A DNA stretch of 64,000 nucleotides from contig CAZEOQ010000006.1 in NCBI GenBank assembly GCA_964513995.1, positions 17,573-81,572 on the forward strand, in the 5' to 3' direction. The number at the start of each line of letters is the position of its first letter. Position 1 is the first letter of the stretch. This document shows positions 45,509 to 55,770 of the stretch, piece after piece. Under the pieces are notes generated by a model, which searched no databases, was not told the DNA's origin, and was given only the letters and a program-made list of their open reading frames with translations. The position numbers and the translations under genes are program-made. This DNA comes from an uncultured Desulfobacterales bacterium. GTDB lineage: Bacteria; Desulfobacterota; DSM-4660; Desulfatiglandales; JALVZP01.

Positions 45509-47416
45509 ATGCCTCTGGTAAAGAAGATGGAAAAAGCTCCTTTAAAGAAAGAGATAGCTCATCAGGCAGAGATTCAAAGAAAGAAAGCCAGGACACTTGC
45601 AAAGCAGCAGCAGATGGCAGAAAGAATTGCTTCTGCTTCAACAGAGCTTGCTTCAGGTATAAGTGAGGCAGCTGCAGCAGTAGAAGAGCTAAAGAAAGCA
45701 AGTGAACAGATTGCAGCAGGAGCTCAACAGGCAGCAGGAGCAAGTCAGCAGTCGTATCAGGCATTTAAGAGTGTCGTGAAGAAGATTGAGGATCAGGCTG
45801 AAGCTGCAGAAGGTGCAAAAGAGAAGTGTCTTAAGCTTCAGGATCTCGTCTTAAAAGTAAACGAACAGATAGGCAGACTTATAGAAAACATCTATTCTGC
45901 TTCTGAAAGACAGAAGAATTCAGTAAAGATGGTGGAAGAGCTTGAAAGACACGCAAAAAGCATAAGCGACATAGTTAAGACTGTTGGAAAAATAGCAGAT
46001 CAGACAAATCTCCTTGCACTGAACGCAGCTATAGAAGCTGCAAGGGCTGGAAAACACGGAAAGGGATTTGCTGTGGTAGCAGATGAGGTAAGAGCACTTG
46101 CAGAGACTTCAGAAAAGAGTGCAAAGGACATACAGAAGCTCGTTGCTGAAATACAAAAGAAGGTAAACGAAATAGCAGAAGGGATAAACAGGTCTTCTGA
46201 GATGGTTCAGAAAGAAGCAGAAAAGGGAAGGAAAGTGGCAGAACAGCTTGAAAGGATAAACAGAGACTTAGAAAGACTTGCAAGAGGGGCAGAAGAAGTT
46301 GCAACCATGGCAGAACAGTCAAAAATAGCAGCTCAACAGGCTCTTAAGGGATCTGAGAATATAGCTTCTGCTGCAGAAGAACAGGCTTCAGCAACAGAAG
46401 AGCTCAGCAAGACAGTAGAAGAACAGACTCAGGCTATATACGAGTGTGAGCAAACAGCAAGAAGCCTGGAAGAAGTTGCAGAGGAACTTAAAAATTCAAC
46501 AGAGATAACGAAGAGTTCTGAAGAAGTTGCATCTGTTGCAGAAGAGCTTTCTTCAGCAATTCAGGAACTTAACAGGTCTGCAGCACAGATAACACAAGCT
46601 CTTGAACAGATAAAGAAAGGAGCAGAGACTCAGGCATCAGCTACAGAAGAATCGTCTTCTGCTATAGGACAGCTTGAGAAGGGATTAAAGATAGCAGAAG
46701 AGGAGTGTAAGAAGGCTTCTGAAAGGTCAAGTGAAATGAAAGAGCTCCTTTTAAAGAACAAAGAAGAAGTGGAAGGTTTGATTAGAGGGATTCATGAAAG
46801 TGTAAAGAGGTCAAAAGAGAGTTTGAGACAGATAAACGAATTAAAAGCACTTTCAAGACAAATAGACAAGATAGTGGATGTCATAAACATGGTCTCAATT
46901 CAGACAAACATGCTTGCCGTAAATGGAGCAATAGAAGCAGCAAGAGCAGGAGAATTTGGAAAAGGTTTTGCAGTTGTTGCAGCAGATATAAGAAATCTTG
47001 CTCATGATTCAACACAGAATGCTGAGAAGATAAAAGATACTGTCAAGGCAATAAATGATCAGATAGAGGTCGTATCCAGAGATGTGGAAGAGATTATGAA
47101 ACATGCAATATCTGAAACAGAAAAGGCAGCAGGAATTACGAAATCTCTTGTCAGTGTTCAGGAAGAGATAAATGATGTGCAAAGAAGTGCTTCAGACATC
47201 CTGAAGTCTGCTCAGGAAATCTCTCTTGCAATGGAACAGGTAAAGGTCTCAGCTGAACAGATTGCTCAGGCTGCTCAGGAAGCAGAAAAGGCAGCAACAG
47301 AAGCAGCAAATTCTGCACAACAGCAACAGAAAGGAATAGAAGCACTTGCTCAGGCAATAGAAGAAATTGCTTCACTTGCAGACGAACTCCAAAGCTTTGA
47401 TCTTTCCTCTATCTAA
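45509..47416 (+). CDS. soluble methyl-accepting chemotaxis protein with two tandem signalling (MA) domains (DosM-like)
   Basis: There are two signalling tips and no TM segment: [36 protein letters not shown] (~46005-46100) and [36 protein letters not shown] (~46895-47000). [10 protein letters not shown]-type methylation contexts are present. ATG 45509 has better SD spacing than 45503. Confidence 0.85.
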   Translation: MPLVKKMEKAPLKKEIAHQAEIQRKKARTLAKQQQMAERIASASTELASGISEAAAAVEELKKASEQIAAGAQQAAGASQQSYQAFKSVVKKIEDQAEAAEGAKEKCLKLQDLVLKVNEQIGRLIENIYSASERQKNSVKMVEELERHAKSISDIVKTVGKIADQTNLLALNAAIEAARAGKHGKGFAVVADEVRALAETSEKSAKDIQKLVAEIQKKVNEIAEGINRSSEMVQKEAEKGRKVAEQLERINRDLERLARGAEEVATMAEQSKIAAQQALKGSENIASAAEEQASATEELSKTVEEQTQAIYECEQTARSLEEVAEELKNSTEITKSSEEVASVAEELSSAIQELNRSAAQITQALEQIKKGAETQASATEESSSAIGQLEKGLKIAEEECKKASERSSEMKELLLKNKEEVEGLIRGIHESVKRSKESLRQINELKALSRQIDKIVDVINMVSIQTNMLAVNGAIEAARAGEFGKGFAVVAADIRNLAHDSTQNAEKIKDTVKAINDQIEVVSRDVEEIMKHAISETEKAAGITKSLVSVQEEINDVQRSASDILKSAQEISLAMEQVKVSAEQIAQAAQEAEKAATEAANSAQQQQKGIEALAQAIEEIASLADELQSFDLSSI

Positions 47417-47428
47417 GGGAGGAAAAAG

Positions 47429-48913
47429 ATGGAGTTCACACAGATAAACATCTTCAGGATAGGAGATGAATATTTTGGAGTGGATATAAGACCAATTCAG
47501 GAGATTATAAGAATGCCTGAAGTAGTAAGGGTTCCTCTTGCTCCAAAGAGTCTTCTGGGTCTTGCAAATCTGAGAGGTAAGGTCCTTCCAATAGTCAGTC
47601 TGAGAAGGATCTTTGGTCTTCCTGATATAGAAGAAGGTGAATCGTTGAGAGCGATTGTCGTAAACATTGGTGAAACACTTGGATTTTTGGTTGATCAGGT
47701 TGCAAGTGTGGTGATGATAAATCAAGAAGAAGTAGAGCCTGCAGATGGAGTAAGCAAGATCGTAAAAAGTGAGTATCTGGATGGACTTGTAAGAAAAGCA
47801 GGAAACTATGAGATGGTCATGCTTTTGAATCTTAAGAAGATCATAGAAAAAGAGTTTTCTGGTATGAGTTTTTCAGAAAGGAAGGAATACATAACTGGAG
47901 GAGAATCAGAAGATGAAAAAGAGAAAAAGGAATTAGAAGAAACTCAGCTTGTATGTTTTCAGATAGAGGATCAAGAATATGGCATACCTATTTCATACGT
48001 GAATGAGATCGTTCAGTTTCCTGATAAGGTGATTCAGATACCAAATTCACCTCATTATGTAAAAGGTGTTATGCATCTAAGAGATAGATTCCTTCCTCTT
48101 ATATCACTCAGAAGATTCTTTGGTCTTGAATCAGATGTGGATCAAGGAAGAGTTGTTGTTCTGAGTAAGGATGGTTTAAGGATAGGCATACATGTGGATC
48201 AGGTAAATGAGGTCTTAAGGATTCCTAAATCTTCTATTGAATCATTGCCTGAACTGATGGAAAGAAATGAGATTTCAAATATCACTGGAATCTGCACTCT
48301 TGATAATGGAAAAAGACTCGTTTCAATACTTTCTGGAGATGAATTCTTTAAGCTTGTAAGTTCAAAGGTAAAGGAGGAGATAGAAAAGATGGAGACAAGA
48401 AGACAGGAGGAATTTGAAGGAAAAATAGAAGATGAAGAGGTGCATATGGTTGTATTTAAACTTCAGGATGAGGAGTATGCAGTATCCATAGATTATGTCC
48501 AGGAGATAGTAAGGCTTCCTGAAGAGATCGTTCATGTTCCAAAGGCTCCTGAAAGTGTAAAAGGAGTTATAAATCTGAGAGGGACTGTGCTTCCTATAAT
48601 TGACCTGAGACAGCAGCTTGGTTTTCCTCCAATAGAAAAGAACGAAAGACAGAGGATAATAGTTTTTCTCATAAATGGAATAAAAACAGGATTTATCGTA
48701 GATTCAGTAACAGAGGTAATGAGACTTTCAAGGTCCCTGATAGAAGAAGCTCCTGTGCTTTCTAAGGAACAGAAAGATGTTGTTGGAAAGGTAATAAATC
48801 TGAATGAACAGAGAAGGTTAATACAGGTAATAAATCCAGAAAGGCTTCTTTCAAAAGAAGAGCTTAAAGAGATCAAAGAAATTGAAGAAAAAGTAGAGGG
48901 AAATGAGAGATGA
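47429..48913 (+). CDS. triple CheW-domain scaffold protein
   Basis: Three CheW modules: FRIGDEYFGVDIRPIQEI..., FQIEDQEYGIPISYVNEI..., FKLQDEEYAVSIDYVQEI.... Each is followed by the LRG/LRD..LP(I/L) segment, and they are joined by acidic linkers. Confidence 0.85.
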   Translation: MEFTQINIFRIGDEYFGVDIRPIQEIIRMPEVVRVPLAPKSLLGLANLRGKVLPIVSLRRIFGLPDIEEGESLRAIVVNIGETLGFLVDQVASVVMINQEEVEPADGVSKIVKSEYLDGLVRKAGNYEMVMLLNLKKIIEKEFSGMSFSERKEYITGGESEDEKEKKELEETQLVCFQIEDQEYGIPISYVNEIVQFPDKVIQIPNSPHYVKGVMHLRDRFLPLISLRRFFGLESDVDQGRVVVLSKDGLRIGIHVDQVNEVLRIPKSSIESLPELMERNEISNITGICTLDNGKRLVSILSGDEFFKLVSSKVKEEIEKMETRRQEEFEGKIEDEEVHMVVFKLQDEEYAVSIDYVQEIVRLPEEIVHVPKAPESVKGVINLRGTVLPIIDLRQQLGFPPIEKNERQRIIVFLINGIKTGFIVDSVTEVMRLSRSLIEEAPVLSKEQKDVVGKVINLNEQRRLIQVINPERLLSKEELKEIKEIEEKVEGNER

Positions 48914-49962
48914 TAAAACTTCTGATCGTAGACGATTCTGCTTTAATGAGGAGACTTATAAGACAGGTATTTGAAGAAGAAGGAAACTTTGAGATAAGGA
49001 CTGCAAGGAATGGAATAGAAGCTATAGAACTGAACAGGGAATTCAAACCTGATGTCATTACCCTTGACATAAACATGCCTGAGATGGACGGACTTACAGC
49101 CCTTTCATACATCATGGCTGAAAGACCAGTCCCTGTAATAATGGTTTCTTCACTTACTGAAAAAGGAGCTCTTGCAACATTTGAAGCACTTAATCTTGGA
49201 GCAGTTGATTATGTAACAAAGCCTGGAGGAACTGTTTCTCTTTCTGTAGAAAGCATAAAGAGAGAGCTTATAAGCAAGGTATATGCTGCTGTAAAGGCAA
49301 ACATAAAAAGGAGAAATAGCATAAGGGAAAGGATAGAAAGGAAGATAAAGGTTATAAAGGAAAAAAGGAAGGATTTTTTGAAGAGGACTGAAAAAGGAAT
49401 TGTCATCATAGGTGTTTCAACAGGAGGACCTTCTACACTTGAAAAGATCCTTCCATTCCTTCCAAAGGAGTTTCCATGGCCTGTAATAGTCGTTCAGCAT
49501 ATGCCAGAGGCTTTTACAGGACCTTTTGCTGAAAGGATGGACAAGCTCTGTCAGCTAAGCGTTCAGGAGGTAAGAAGACCAACTTTTGTAGAATCAGGGA
49601 ATATCTATATAGCAAGAGGTGGAGCAGATTGTGTTATTAAGAAGAGAGAAGGAAGGATAATGCTTATACCAAAACCAGAAGATCCTAAGTTTCTCTGGCA
49701 TCCTTCAGTTGATGCACTTGGATATTCTGTAATAGAGAACCTTGACTGCAGGACAGTCATAGGAGTCCTGCTTACAGGAATGGGATATGACGGAGCAGAT
49801 TCGTTTTCAGAGATTAAAAAAAGAGGAGGAAGGACTATAGCAGAATCAGAAGAAAGTGCCGTAGTATTTGGTATGCCTCAGGAGCTTATAAAAAGAGGAG
49901 GCGCAACTGTGGTTCTTCCTGCAGAAAAGATCTCTGAAAGGCTTATAACATGGGTGATGTAA
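48910..49962 (+). CDS. cheB: chemotaxis response regulator protein-glutamate methylesterase CheB (copy 1)
   Basis: REC domain (LIVDDSALMR...DINMPEMDG) plus a methylesterase domain (IGVSTGGP, VVQHMP, GMGYDGA). Confidence 0.92.
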   Translation: MIKLLIVDDSALMRRLIRQVFEEEGNFEIRTARNGIEAIELNREFKPDVITLDINMPEMDGLTALSYIMAERPVPVIMVSSLTEKGALATFEALNLGAVDYVTKPGGTVSLSVESIKRELISKVYAAVKANIKRRNSIRERIERKIKVIKEKRKDFLKRTEKGIVIIGVSTGGPSTLEKILPFLPKEFPWPVIVVQHMPEAFTGPFAERMDKLCQLSVQEVRRPTFVESGNIYIARGGADCVIKKREGRIMLIPKPEDPKFLWHPSVDALGYSVIENLDCRTVIGVLLTGMGYDGADSFSEIKKRGGRTIAESEESAVVFGMPQELIKRGGATVVLPAEKISERLITWVM

Positions 49963-49972
49963 GGAGGAAAGG

Positions 49973-50593
49973 ATGGGGCTTGTAAAAAGAAAAGAAGAGA
50001 AGAAGGAAGGAGAAAGGAGAAAAAGAAAGAGGGACTTCTCAGGTCTCTTAGAAGGTCTTTCTGATCCTGATCCTATGGTAAGAAGGTGGTGTGCAAGGGA
50101 TCTTGCACAATACATAGAAGCAAGTCCATTTCTTGTTCAGCAGCTAAAAAAGGAAAGTAACAAGTCTGTAAGGGAAGTGATCATAACGAGCCTGATAAAG
50201 ATAGGAGACAGAACTGCTGTAGAAGGACTTATAGAATGTCTCAGAAGTGATGATGCCCATCTCAGAAATTCTGCTATAGAAGCCCTAAAAGAGATGCCTG
50301 ATAAGGTCAGTCGTTTTATGGAGGATCTTATAAGAGATCCTGATCCTGACATAAGGATATTTGCAGTAAATATAATGGAATCACTTAGAGACAGAAATGT
50401 TGAAGATTGGCTTATAAGAATAATTGAGAATGATTCTCACATAAATGTGTGTGGAGCAGCAATTGATCTCCTTGCAGAATTAGGAACAGAAAAAGCATTA
50501 CCTTCTCTGGAAAAGGTAAAGAAAAGGTTTTCTGAAAGTCCTTACATCCAGTTTGCTGCAGAGATGGCAATAAGCAGAATAAGGGGAAGTTGA
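49973..50593 (+). CDS. HEAT-repeat (PBS-lyase-like) protein
   Basis: Repeats DPDPMVRRWCARDLA, DDAHLRNSAIEALKEM, DPDPDIRIFAVNIMESL, DSHINVCGAAIDLLAELG. Confidence 0.75.
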   Translation: MGLVKRKEEKKEGERRKRKRDFSGLLEGLSDPDPMVRRWCARDLAQYIEASPFLVQQLKKESNKSVREVIITSLIKIGDRTAVEGLIECLRSDDAHLRNSAIEALKEMPDKVSRFMEDLIRDPDPDIRIFAVNIMESLRDRNVEDWLIRIIENDSHINVCGAAIDLLAELGTEKALPSLEKVKKRFSESPYIQFAAEMAISRIRGS

Positions 50594-50594
50594 G

Positions 50595-51434
50595 ATGAAT
50601 GAGGCATTAAAGATAACTGATGAGGAATTTAGAAAATTCAGGGAGTTCTTCTACAGGAAGACGGGAATATGGTTTGATGATTCAAAAAGATACTTCGTGG
50701 ATAAAAGACTGATAGAAAGGATAAAGGCAACAGGATGTGATAGCTTCAGGAGCTATTTTATAAAGCTTCGTTTTGAATCTTCAAAAAAAGAGCTTCAGAA
50801 TCTTATAAACTCAATGACAGTAAATGAGACATATTTCTTTAGAGAAGAATATCAGTTCAGGACACTTGTAAACGAAGTCCTTCCAGAGATATTAGAAAAC
50901 AAAAAAGACAGTGATCCTATAAGGATCTGGTCCATTCCTTCATCTACAGGAGAAGAACCTTACAGCATAGCAATATACCTGCTTGAATACTGGCCAGAGA
51001 TAGAAAGGTATGATGTGGAGATAGTAGCTTCTGACATAGACACAGAAGCACTGAGAAAGGCAAAAGAAGGTGTTTATTCAGAAAGGTCTGTGAGCAACCT
51101 TCCTTCACATATACTGAGGAAGTATTTTAGAAAAAACGAAAAAGGAGAATACGAGATAATAGACGAACTCAAAGAAGCAATAAGTTTTACGAGGGTAAAT
51201 CTCTGTGATCAGAAAGATACAAAGCCTTACAGAAACTTCCATGTCATATTTTGCAGAAATCTTCTCATATATTTTGACGATCTTTCAAGAAAGATTGCAG
51301 CAGAAGCACTCTATGATGCACTTACTTCTGGAGGATTTGTATTTCTTGGACATGCTGAATCAATGAGCAGGATTTCTTCTATATTTAAGGTCAGAAAGTT
51401 TACGGAATCAATTGTGTATCAAAAAACAGCTTGA
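50595..51434 (+). CDS. cheR: chemotaxis protein methyltransferase CheR (copy 1)
   Basis: VNETYFFRE, IWSIPSSTGEEPYSIA and IFCRNLLIYFD motifs. Confidence 0.92.
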   Translation: MNEALKITDEEFRKFREFFYRKTGIWFDDSKRYFVDKRLIERIKATGCDSFRSYFIKLRFESSKKELQNLINSMTVNETYFFREEYQFRTLVNEVLPEILENKKDSDPIRIWSIPSSTGEEPYSIAIYLLEYWPEIERYDVEIVASDIDTEALRKAKEGVYSERSVSNLPSHILRKYFRKNEKGEYEIIDELKEAISFTRVNLCDQKDTKPYRNFHVIFCRNLLIYFDDLSRKIAAEALYDALTSGGFVFLGHAESMSRISSIFKVRKFTESIVYQKTA

Positions 51435-51444
51435 GGTGTAAGCC

Positions 51445-51813
51445 ATGAAAAAGAGAGTTCTTGTAATAGACGATGCAGCAACAGTAAGAGAATATCACTG
51501 TTCTATACTCAAAGAAGCAGGATTTGAGACAGAAGAAGCAGTTAACGGATTGGAGGCTCTGGAAAAGGCACTAAAAAATCCTTTTGATCTTTACATAGTG
51601 GACATAAACATGCCAAAGATGGATGGCTATTCTTTTTTGAAAGAGCTGAGAACTCAAAAGATTCCTCAAGTTCCAGCAATAATGGTATCCACGGAAGCAG
51701 AGGAAAAAGACAGAGAATCTGCATTTAAGGCAGGAGCAAATCTTTATCTCGTAAAACCTGTTACTCCAGAGATTTTATTAAGGTATGTAAAAATCCTTCT
51801 TGGAGAGGTGTAA
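51445..51813 (+). CDS. cheY: CheY-like single-domain response regulator
   Basis: VLVIDDAATVRE ... DINMPKMDG ... VSTE ... YLVKP. Confidence 0.88.
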   Translation: MKKRVLVIDDAATVREYHCSILKEAGFETEEAVNGLEALEKALKNPFDLYIVDINMPKMDGYSFLKELRTQKIPQVPAIMVSTEAEEKDRESAFKAGANLYLVKPVTPEILLRYVKILLGEV

Positions 51814-51815
51814 AG

Positions 51816-54038
51816 ATGCTCAGTCCTTTAATGGAGCAGTTTATAAAAGAATCAAGAGATCTTTTACAGGGAATAAGTGAGACGATTGTGGAACTTGAAT
51901 CTTCTCCAGAAGACAGGGATCTCATGAATGAACTCTTCCGTCTTGTTCATACGCTTAAAGGAAGCAGCGGAATATTTGAAGAATTTTCTTCTGTAACAAG
52001 GATGCTTCATGCAGCAGAAGATCTTATGGACAGTGTAAGAGAGGGAAAGATAAAGTTTGATTCTGATCTTACGGATGCAATTCTTGAAGCAATGGATCTT
52101 TTTTCTGAGATCATAGATGAGGTTGAGAAAAAAGGTTCTTTTAGAGAAGACTATAATGAAGAGGCAAAGAGAATAGAAGGATCTCTTAGGGAATTCTTGA
52201 AAGAGGGTCCTGAGAAGGAAAGGAATGAAGAAGGTTCTGAGAATAGAGAAGTTCCAGAAGAGGTAAGGAAAAGGATAGAGGAATTGGGGATAAGTAGCTG
52301 TTTTTATGTGAGGTATAATCCAGAAAAGGAATGTTTCTTTAAAGGAGAAGATCCTTTCTTTTTAGTGAGAAAGACTCCTGGACTTAAATGGGGAAAGGTC
52401 TCACTTAGAGAACCTTTAAAAGACTTTGACATATACAGCTGTCTCGTAAGTTTTGAACTAATCTCACAGGCTTCTAAAGAGGAAATTGAAGAGCACTTTC
52501 AGTATGTCCGTGATCAGGTTTCTGTAGTTCAGGTTGAGGTTCCTGAAAGGAAAGATGAGTTTTATGAGGAGATAGAGCTTGTGCTTGAAAGTCAGGAAAG
52601 TGTCCTGAAGTCAGATGTGGATCAGGGATTTTCAGGAAAGATTGAATCCGTAGCCTTGGTCTTAAGGAATCTTTCAAAGATCTTGGGAAAAGAGGAGATT
52701 CAGAAGAAGATAGATTCTGCTCTGGAAAAGAATGATCCAGAGGTTCTGATAGAGGTTATTCAGGAATTCAGAAATACTATAAGCAGTAAGGAAAAGAAGG
52801 TAGAGAAAGAAGAAAAGCCTGCAGTGAAGTCTCAAAGACACATAGAGACTTCTGAGATAAGGACTTTAAAGGTAGATACAGAGAAGGTGGACAGACTTAT
52901 GAATCTTGTTGCAGAAATAGTAGTTGCAAAAAACAGCTTGCTTTATCTTTCAAAGAAGGCAGAAGAGGAATATGGAATAAGGGAGCTTTCAAGGGAGCTA
53001 AAGAACAAATATGCGGTATTTGACAGGATTGTTGAGGAGATGCAGGATGCAGTCTCTCAGATAAGGATGATGCCAATTTCTATGATCTTTCAGAGAATTC
53101 CAAGGATTGTAAGGGATCTGTCAAAAAAGTTAGGGAAAAAGGTTGAGCTTGAACTTTCAGGAGAAGAGACAGAAGCAGATAAAAACATAATAGAATCAAT
53201 TTCAGAACCACTTATCCACATCATAAGGAACAGTCTGGATCATGGAATAGAGAGTCCAGAAGAGAGAAGAAAAAAGGGAAAGCCTGAGACAGGAAAGCTC
53301 GTCATATCTGCATATAATGAGACTGACAGGGTTTGTATAGAAGTAAAGGATGATGGAAGAGGGATAGATCCTAAGGAAGTAAAGATGAAGGCATATGAGA
53401 GAGGTCTTATAAGTGAAGATGATCTGGAAAATATGAGTGATAAGGATGCAATAAATCTGATATTCCTTCCAGGATTTTCTACGGCTGAAAAGGTAAGTGA
53501 CATATCTGGAAGAGGAGTGGGAATGGATGTCGTAAAGAATGCTGTGGAAAAGGTTGGGGGAGCTGTTTATGTAGAAACAGAGATAGGAAAAGGAACGAGT
53601 ATAAAGCTTTCTCTTCCACTTTCCATGGCAGTAACAAAGGTAATGATAATAGAATCTGCTTCTCAGATATTTGGAATACCTATGGACTGTGTTGTTGAAT
53701 CAGTAAGGGTAGGAAGGGGTGAGATGAAGAAGATAAGGAAACAGGATGCTGCTGTCCTTAGAGGAAAGATAATTCCACTTTATTCCCTGAACGAGATCTT
53801 AGGAATAGATAAACCACAGATACCAAATGAAGACGATGAATTTGCTGTTCTTGTTCTAAGGATAAATGGATCCAAGGTTGGTCTCATAGTGGATTCATTC
53901 AAAGGGACGATGGACATCATATTAAAACCATTCCAGGGAATTCTCGGATCCATCCCTTTTTATGCAGGATCTGCTATCTTAGGGGATGGATCAGTTCTTA
54001 TAGTATTAAATCCTAAGGAGTTTTGGCATGCCTGTTGA
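51816..54038 (+). CDS. cheA: chemotaxis histidine kinase CheA (copy 1)
   Basis: Hpt HTLKGSSG, N-box HIIRNSLDHGIE, G-boxes DDGRGID and GRGVGMDVV, and a C-terminal CheW-like P5 domain. Confidence 0.92.
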   Translation: MLSPLMEQFIKESRDLLQGISETIVELESSPEDRDLMNELFRLVHTLKGSSGIFEEFSSVTRMLHAAEDLMDSVREGKIKFDSDLTDAILEAMDLFSEIIDEVEKKGSFREDYNEEAKRIEGSLREFLKEGPEKERNEEGSENREVPEEVRKRIEELGISSCFYVRYNPEKECFFKGEDPFFLVRKTPGLKWGKVSLREPLKDFDIYSCLVSFELISQASKEEIEEHFQYVRDQVSVVQVEVPERKDEFYEEIELVLESQESVLKSDVDQGFSGKIESVALVLRNLSKILGKEEIQKKIDSALEKNDPEVLIEVIQEFRNTISSKEKKVEKEEKPAVKSQRHIETSEIRTLKVDTEKVDRLMNLVAEIVVAKNSLLYLSKKAEEEYGIRELSRELKNKYAVFDRIVEEMQDAVSQIRMMPISMIFQRIPRIVRDLSKKLGKKVELELSGEETEADKNIIESISEPLIHIIRNSLDHGIESPEERRKKGKPETGKLVISAYNETDRVCIEVKDDGRGIDPKEVKMKAYERGLISEDDLENMSDKDAINLIFLPGFSTAEKVSDISGRGVGMDVVKNAVEKVGGAVYVETEIGKGTSIKLSLPLSMAVTKVMIIESASQIFGIPMDCVVESVRVGRGEMKKIRKQDAAVLRGKIIPLYSLNEILGIDKPQIPNEDDEFAVLVLRINGSKVGLIVDSFKGTMDIILKPFQGILGSIPFYAGSAILGDGSVLIVLNPKEFWHAC

Positions 54039-54267
54039 GGTAAATGAAAAAGTTCTGAGTCTTAAAGGAAATGTAACAATAGAAGAAGCTGAAAGGCTTT
54101 TTGATTTACTTGAAAAAAATCCTGATCTAAAGCTTGATCTTTCTTCGTGCACTCACATCCACACTTCCTGTCTTCAGATTCTCATGAGTTTTAAGCCAGA
54201 AATAGTATCAATGCCAGAAGAAAAGGATCTCTGTTTTTGGATAAAGGAAGCAATGAAAAAAACATAA
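54028..54267 (+). CDS. small STAS-like (anti-sigma antagonist fold) protein
   Basis: 79 aa; LSLKGNVTIEEAERLFDLL...LKLDLSSCTHIHTSCLQIL resembles short STAS_2-type proteins found in che clusters. It overlaps the cheA stop. Confidence 0.5.
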   Translation: MPVEVNEKVLSLKGNVTIEEAERLFDLLEKNPDLKLDLSSCTHIHTSCLQILMSFKPEIVSMPEEKDLCFWIKEAMKKT

Positions 54268-54280
54268 AGGAGGTTTAAAG

Positions 54281-54652
54281 ATGCAGAGGACCATTCTTAT
54301 CGTAGATGATTCTCCTACAGTTCTCATGAGTCTAAAGATGAACCTTGAAATGCATGGTTTTAAAGTAGAGACAGCAGATAATGGAAAGACTGCACTTGAT
54401 AAGCTTAAAGGAGGTGCAGTAAGGGCTGACCTCATCATCACTGACCTGAACATGCCTCAGTTAGACGGATTTGGTTTGATAAAGGAGGTAAGAAGTTTAC
54501 CAGAATACAGATTCAAGCCAATCCTTGTCCTTACTACAGAAAGCCAGGTAAAAAAAAGACAGGAAGCAAAAAGACTTGGAGCAACAGGATGGATCGTAAA
54601 GCCTGTTTCAGGAAATGATCTGATAAATGTAGTAAAAAAAGTCCTTCCATAA
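54281..54652 (+). CDS. CheY-like single-domain response regulator
   Basis: ILIVDDSPTV ... TDLNMPQLDG ... LTTE ... WIVKP. Confidence 0.88.
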   Translation: MQRTILIVDDSPTVLMSLKMNLEMHGFKVETADNGKTALDKLKGGAVRADLIITDLNMPQLDGFGLIKEVRSLPEYRFKPILVLTTESQVKKRQEAKRLGATGWIVKPVSGNDLINVVKKVLP

Positions 54653-54663
54653 GGTTTTGAGCC

Positions 54664-55761
54664 ATGAAGAGGAAAAAGCTCTTAATTCTTCTTTTTATGA
54701 GCTTTCTTATCTTCTCCTCCATTTTCTTAAATATCCCTTCTTTTTTCCTTGTGATCTTAGGAATCCTTGCAGGTTATTCTTATAGCAAGGAAGGCTTTCA
54801 GAAAAAAGAAATAGATCTTTCAAATCTAAAAGGAATATTTCCTGTCTTTGACCTTGTAAGATCTCAACTCAAAGATCTTCAGGATCAGACAGAAAGGAGT
54901 ATCTTAAATGCAGTGGAGGATCTGAGTGTTATTTATAGGGAGGTAAATAACAATCAGGATGTGATAAACAGATGTCTTGATTCAGGAGGAGATCTATCTA
55001 CCTTTGTAAAAAGCCAGATAGAAAATAACAGGATATTGCAGGAAGAAAATGAGAGATACATAAATCAGCAGAGGAGAAAGATTAAGGAAAATCTTGAAAG
55101 ACTTGTTGGTATTGCTCAGGATATAGAGTCTCTTAAACAGGCAATAGGTGACATCCTTGACATTTCACAGCAGATAAATCTTCTTTCCCTTAATGCCAAT
55201 ATAGAAGCAGCTCGTGCAGGAGAAGCAGGAATCGGTTTTGCTGTTGTTGCTGATGAGATAAGAAAGCTTTCTGTAAAGACACAGAAGACAGCAGAGAGGA
55301 TATCTTCTGTTATAAAGTCAAACATAGAAAAGATAAAGAAGGAAGTAGCTTTTACGAAACAGTTTATAGAAGAAGCAGAATCAGGACTTGAAAAGATAAA
55401 CTTTATGACAAAACAGACAGGAAAGATCTCAGATGAACTGAGACAGACAAGCAGCATGCTTATTTCAATAACAGAAAAGGTAGCAAGTGCTAACAGTAAC
55501 ATAATAAATGCTCTTTCAGAAGTCTTGGGAAAGGTTCAGTTCCAGGATATCCTAAGACAGAGGATAGAACATGTCATAGAAACGCTGAAGGAAATAGAGA
55601 AATATCTCAGGGAGTCTTTGGAAAGAAAGCTCTTTTTAGAACCACAGATTATAAAGAACATCAAGGAAGAATATGTGATGAAGGCTCAAAGGGATGTCCA
55701 TGACGAGGTGATTGGAAGGGAATTTAAGGAAGAAGAAGCACCTCAGATAGAACTTTTTTAA
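54664..55761 (+). CDS. membrane-anchored methyl-accepting chemotaxis protein without a periplasmic domain
   Basis: Two adjacent N-terminal TM helices, signalling tip [35 protein letters not shown], and a C-terminal [13 protein letters not shown] motif. Confidence 0.85.
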   Translation: MKRKKLLILLFMSFLIFSSIFLNIPSFFLVILGILAGYSYSKEGFQKKEIDLSNLKGIFPVFDLVRSQLKDLQDQTERSILNAVEDLSVIYREVNNNQDVINRCLDSGGDLSTFVKSQIENNRILQEENERYINQQRRKIKENLERLVGIAQDIESLKQAIGDILDISQQINLLSLNANIEAARAGEAGIGFAVVADEIRKLSVKTQKTAERISSVIKSNIEKIKKEVAFTKQFIEEAESGLEKINFMTKQTGKISDELRQTSSMLISITEKVASANSNIINALSEVLGKVQFQDILRQRIEHVIETLKEIEKYLRESLERKLFLEPQIIKNIKEEYVMKAQRDVHDEVIGREFKEEEAPQIELF

Positions 55762-55770
55762 GATTTTTTC

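Noticed and set aside
45462-47375. Long minus-strand ORFs (45462-45764, 46029-46322, 47151-47375) antisense to the double-domain MCP
   Set aside because: Their L/P/Q/S-rich low-complexity translations are the mirror of the GCA/GAA/CAG-rich Ala/Glu/Gln heptads on the plus strand. They have no SD or promoter, and the plus-strand product has unmistakable MCP motifs.
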